This document shows positions 61,797 through 64,000 of a DNA stretch of 64,000 bases, piece by piece; position 1 is the stretch's first letter, and each line of letters starts with the position of its first letter. The DNA comes from Gekko japonicus (taxonomy: Eukaryota), in contig NW_015164754.1 of assembly GCF_001447785.1 (NCBI RefSeq), positions 104,749 to 168,748 on the forward strand, written 5' to 3'. The notes under the pieces were generated by a model. It was given only the letters and a program-made list of their open reading frames with translations, did not search any database and had not been told where the DNA came from. The translations under genes and the position numbers were made by a program.

Positions 61797-62720
61797 TTAG
61801 GGACTCTTACCCCACTGTTTCATTAGAGCAAGCTTAATGTCCTTGTTCCTAAGTGTGTATATGACAGGGTTCAAAAATGGAGTCACTGTGGTATACAACA
61901 TGCATATCACACCATCCATCGAGTCCTGAGAAGTCGGTCTCAAGTAATGGAACACCACAGGGATATAATATATGCCCACCACTATAATGTGGGCTGAGCA
62001 AGTGGAGAAGGCCCGGCGACGCCCTTCATTGCTTTTGATCCTCAAAATGGCGGCAATGATATACACGTAGGAGGTAAGGATAAGGAGGAAGCAGGTCATG
62101 GCCACAAGCCCAATGTCAATCAAGATGACCATCTCATTGAGCCTTGTGTCAGCACAAGCCAACTTCAGCACCGCGGGGATGTCACAGAAGATGTAGTCCA
62201 CAAGGTTTTCTTGGCCAAAGGGCAATCGAAAAGTGAGGACTGTCTCTGCCATCGAGTTCAGGCAGCCTCCAATCACTGTACCCAAGGAGAGGATGAGGCA
62301 GGTCTTCCAGTTCATGAGGTTGCTGTAACGGAGGGGCTTACAAATAGCCAGGAAGCGGTCATAAGCCATCAGGGTGTAAAGGAGACTTTCCGCACATCCA
62401 AGGAAGTGGAAGAGGAATAACTGAGACATACATTCCCCCAAAGAAATGACTTTCCCACCAGGGATGAACCCTGCGATCACTCTGGGAACGACCACAGAGG
62501 AGAAAGCTATATCCAGGATGGACAAGTGGCAGAGGAACCAGTACATGGGCTTGTGCAACTGGACGTTAGACGCCACCACCCAGAGAATCAGCGAGTTTCC
62601 AGAGAGGGTCAAACTGTACATGGTCAAGAAGAAGAGGAACAGGGGAACCTTCACTTCTTTTGGATATTGCAGCCCAGCAAGAATAAACTCAGTTGGCATT
62701 GTTTGATTTGAACACTCCAT
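61797..62720 (-). CDS. Olfactory receptor, OR10G6-like, intact, 307 aa
   Basis: MECSNQT start; MAYDRFLAIC, RAFSTC, PFLNPVIYTLRN. Confidence 0.96.
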   Translation of the reverse strand: MECSNQTMPTEFILAGLQYPKEVKVPLFLFFLTMYSLTLSGNSLILWVVASNVQLHKPMYWFLCHLSILDIAFSSVVVPRVIAGFIPGGKVISLGECMSQLFLFHFLGCAESLLYTLMAYDRFLAICKPLRYSNLMNWKTCLILSLGTVIGGCLNSMAETVLTFRLPFGQENLVDYIFCDIPAVLKLACADTRLNEMVILIDIGLVAMTCFLLILTSYVYIIAAILRIKSNEGRRRAFSTCSAHIIVVGIYYIPVVFHYLRPTSQDSMDGVICMLYTTVTPFLNPVIYTLRNKDIKLALMKQWGKSP

Positions 62721-62952
62721 GTCTAGAACTTGTTTTTTTAAATCAGGAAGAGAAATATAGTTATTCTTTGGGTTAGGAATTGAATGAATGAAAAAAGAAA
62801 GACTGTTGCATCAACCGGTTTGGTTGGTAGGACATGCCTTGGGCAGGGATGTAGCACTTTCAGGGGACGGTGTGCAGGGAGGACTGAGGCAAGTGGTCCC
62901 TTCCTCTCCTCCACCAGTTTACCCGAATTTGTCCTAAATAATCTGAATGTAC

Positions 62953-63038
62953 TTCGGCTTTGAAACGGAGATGAGCACCGCAACCCTAGAGATGGACTCG
63001 ACTGGCTTTCGAGCAAGGGAACCTTTACCTTTTACCTT
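62953..63038 (+). mobile_element. 5'-truncated Sauria SINE
   Basis: 3' part with ACCTTT tail. Confidence 0.85.
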
Positions 63039-64000
63039 GGTAGTAGACCTTCACTGACCCATCCTGGAATTGTGTATTGTCATCCCCCCATCTCCCCACT
63101 ATCATATGAGAAGAATTAAATGCAGAAGGAGTACCTCGTAGGTGTCTGCATGTGGCTGGAGGAATATATCAGAGAGAACGTCTAATTCCAGTGCAGGATT
63201 ACATTGCCTAGCATCAGATCCTTCCATGTTTACATGACTGAATGTGAGGATTTCTGTCTAGTCACTAAAAATTTATTGGTGCTGATTTGGAGGAGGGAAT
63301 GGGAGGTAGAATAAACATAGATTGGGACCTGAATTCAAAAAGTTTGGAAATAAAAAGCAAGTGAATGTATGCCCAGGTAGTCTAATGCATATCACATTTC
63401 TCATACAGACAGAAATTTGTTCTAGAACTTAGGAATTGAGGAAGACTTGCCCAGACCTCTAGAAAAACATCATGCTCTGAAATAATGGGATCCTGGTCTC
63501 CTTTTCCCTCCACTTATGATTACTCCAAAGAAATCCGCAACAATGGACTGGAGAATCTAGAAATCCTAATTAGCAGACCTCTTTGCATAGAATAGGATCA
63601 GTGATTTCCAACAGCTGGGAAAATAATCCGGAAGACGGACAAATAATCATTTTAGGAGAACATCACAACTGACATCAGACTCACATAACAGTTTTGGCAT
63701 GATATGACTTTTCAACGACCTTTCCAGCTTCGGTGAATCACCTTAGGAGGAACGATATAACTAATTTTCCCGCCTCGCTTAGGACAGTTATCCCACCTCT
63801 TTCTAAGTGGCAATTGGGAAACAATTGCTTTGGCACACTGGTATGCCTGCTGTAGAATTTCAAATGGTCAGCAGAACCTGTTGATAGATATTAGAAAGAA
63901 GACCTCAGGACATTGATCTAACATTAGCAGAAGCACACAGAAGCTTGTTTTATACTTGCTACCTTCTTATAATTGCAGTTCATTTCACTTCAGTGAACTC

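Noticed and set aside
1-64000. A novel multi-gene system
   Set aside because: All credible coding sequence is OR or transposon-derived; the remaining short ORFs are OR antisense frames or repeats.

Overview
Vertebrate genomic DNA, not microbial. The repeat content points to a squamate reptile, probably a gecko-type lizard: Sauria SINEs, MIR/Squam3-like SINEs, CR1, BovB/RTE, Penelope, hAT and Harbinger MITEs. The window is a tandem cluster of single-exon class II olfactory receptor (OR) genes of family 10. Five OR10G6-like genes are intact (13359-14282 +; 31586-32509, 43026-43988, 55739-56683, 61797-62720 -). One OR10G6-like gene has a single in-frame TGA (4632-5546). One OR10D-like gene has its natural ATG out of frame (22275-23270 -). 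There are two clear pseudogenes and several OR shards, a segmental duplication whose TE insertions can be ordered against empty sites, and six assembly gaps. I found no convincing novel multi-gene system. The most interesting signals are: (i) every OR10G6-like copy has lost the first ECL2 cysteine and carries an N-terminal cysteine instead (possible disulfide swap); (ii) three OR upstream regions retain a motif close to the mouse H/P-enhancer homeodomain 13-mer; (iii) two hAT MITEs appear to have moved as one composite under a single TSD; (iv) two retro-insertions have very long flanking duplications. Family names are recognised from memory, not from database searches.
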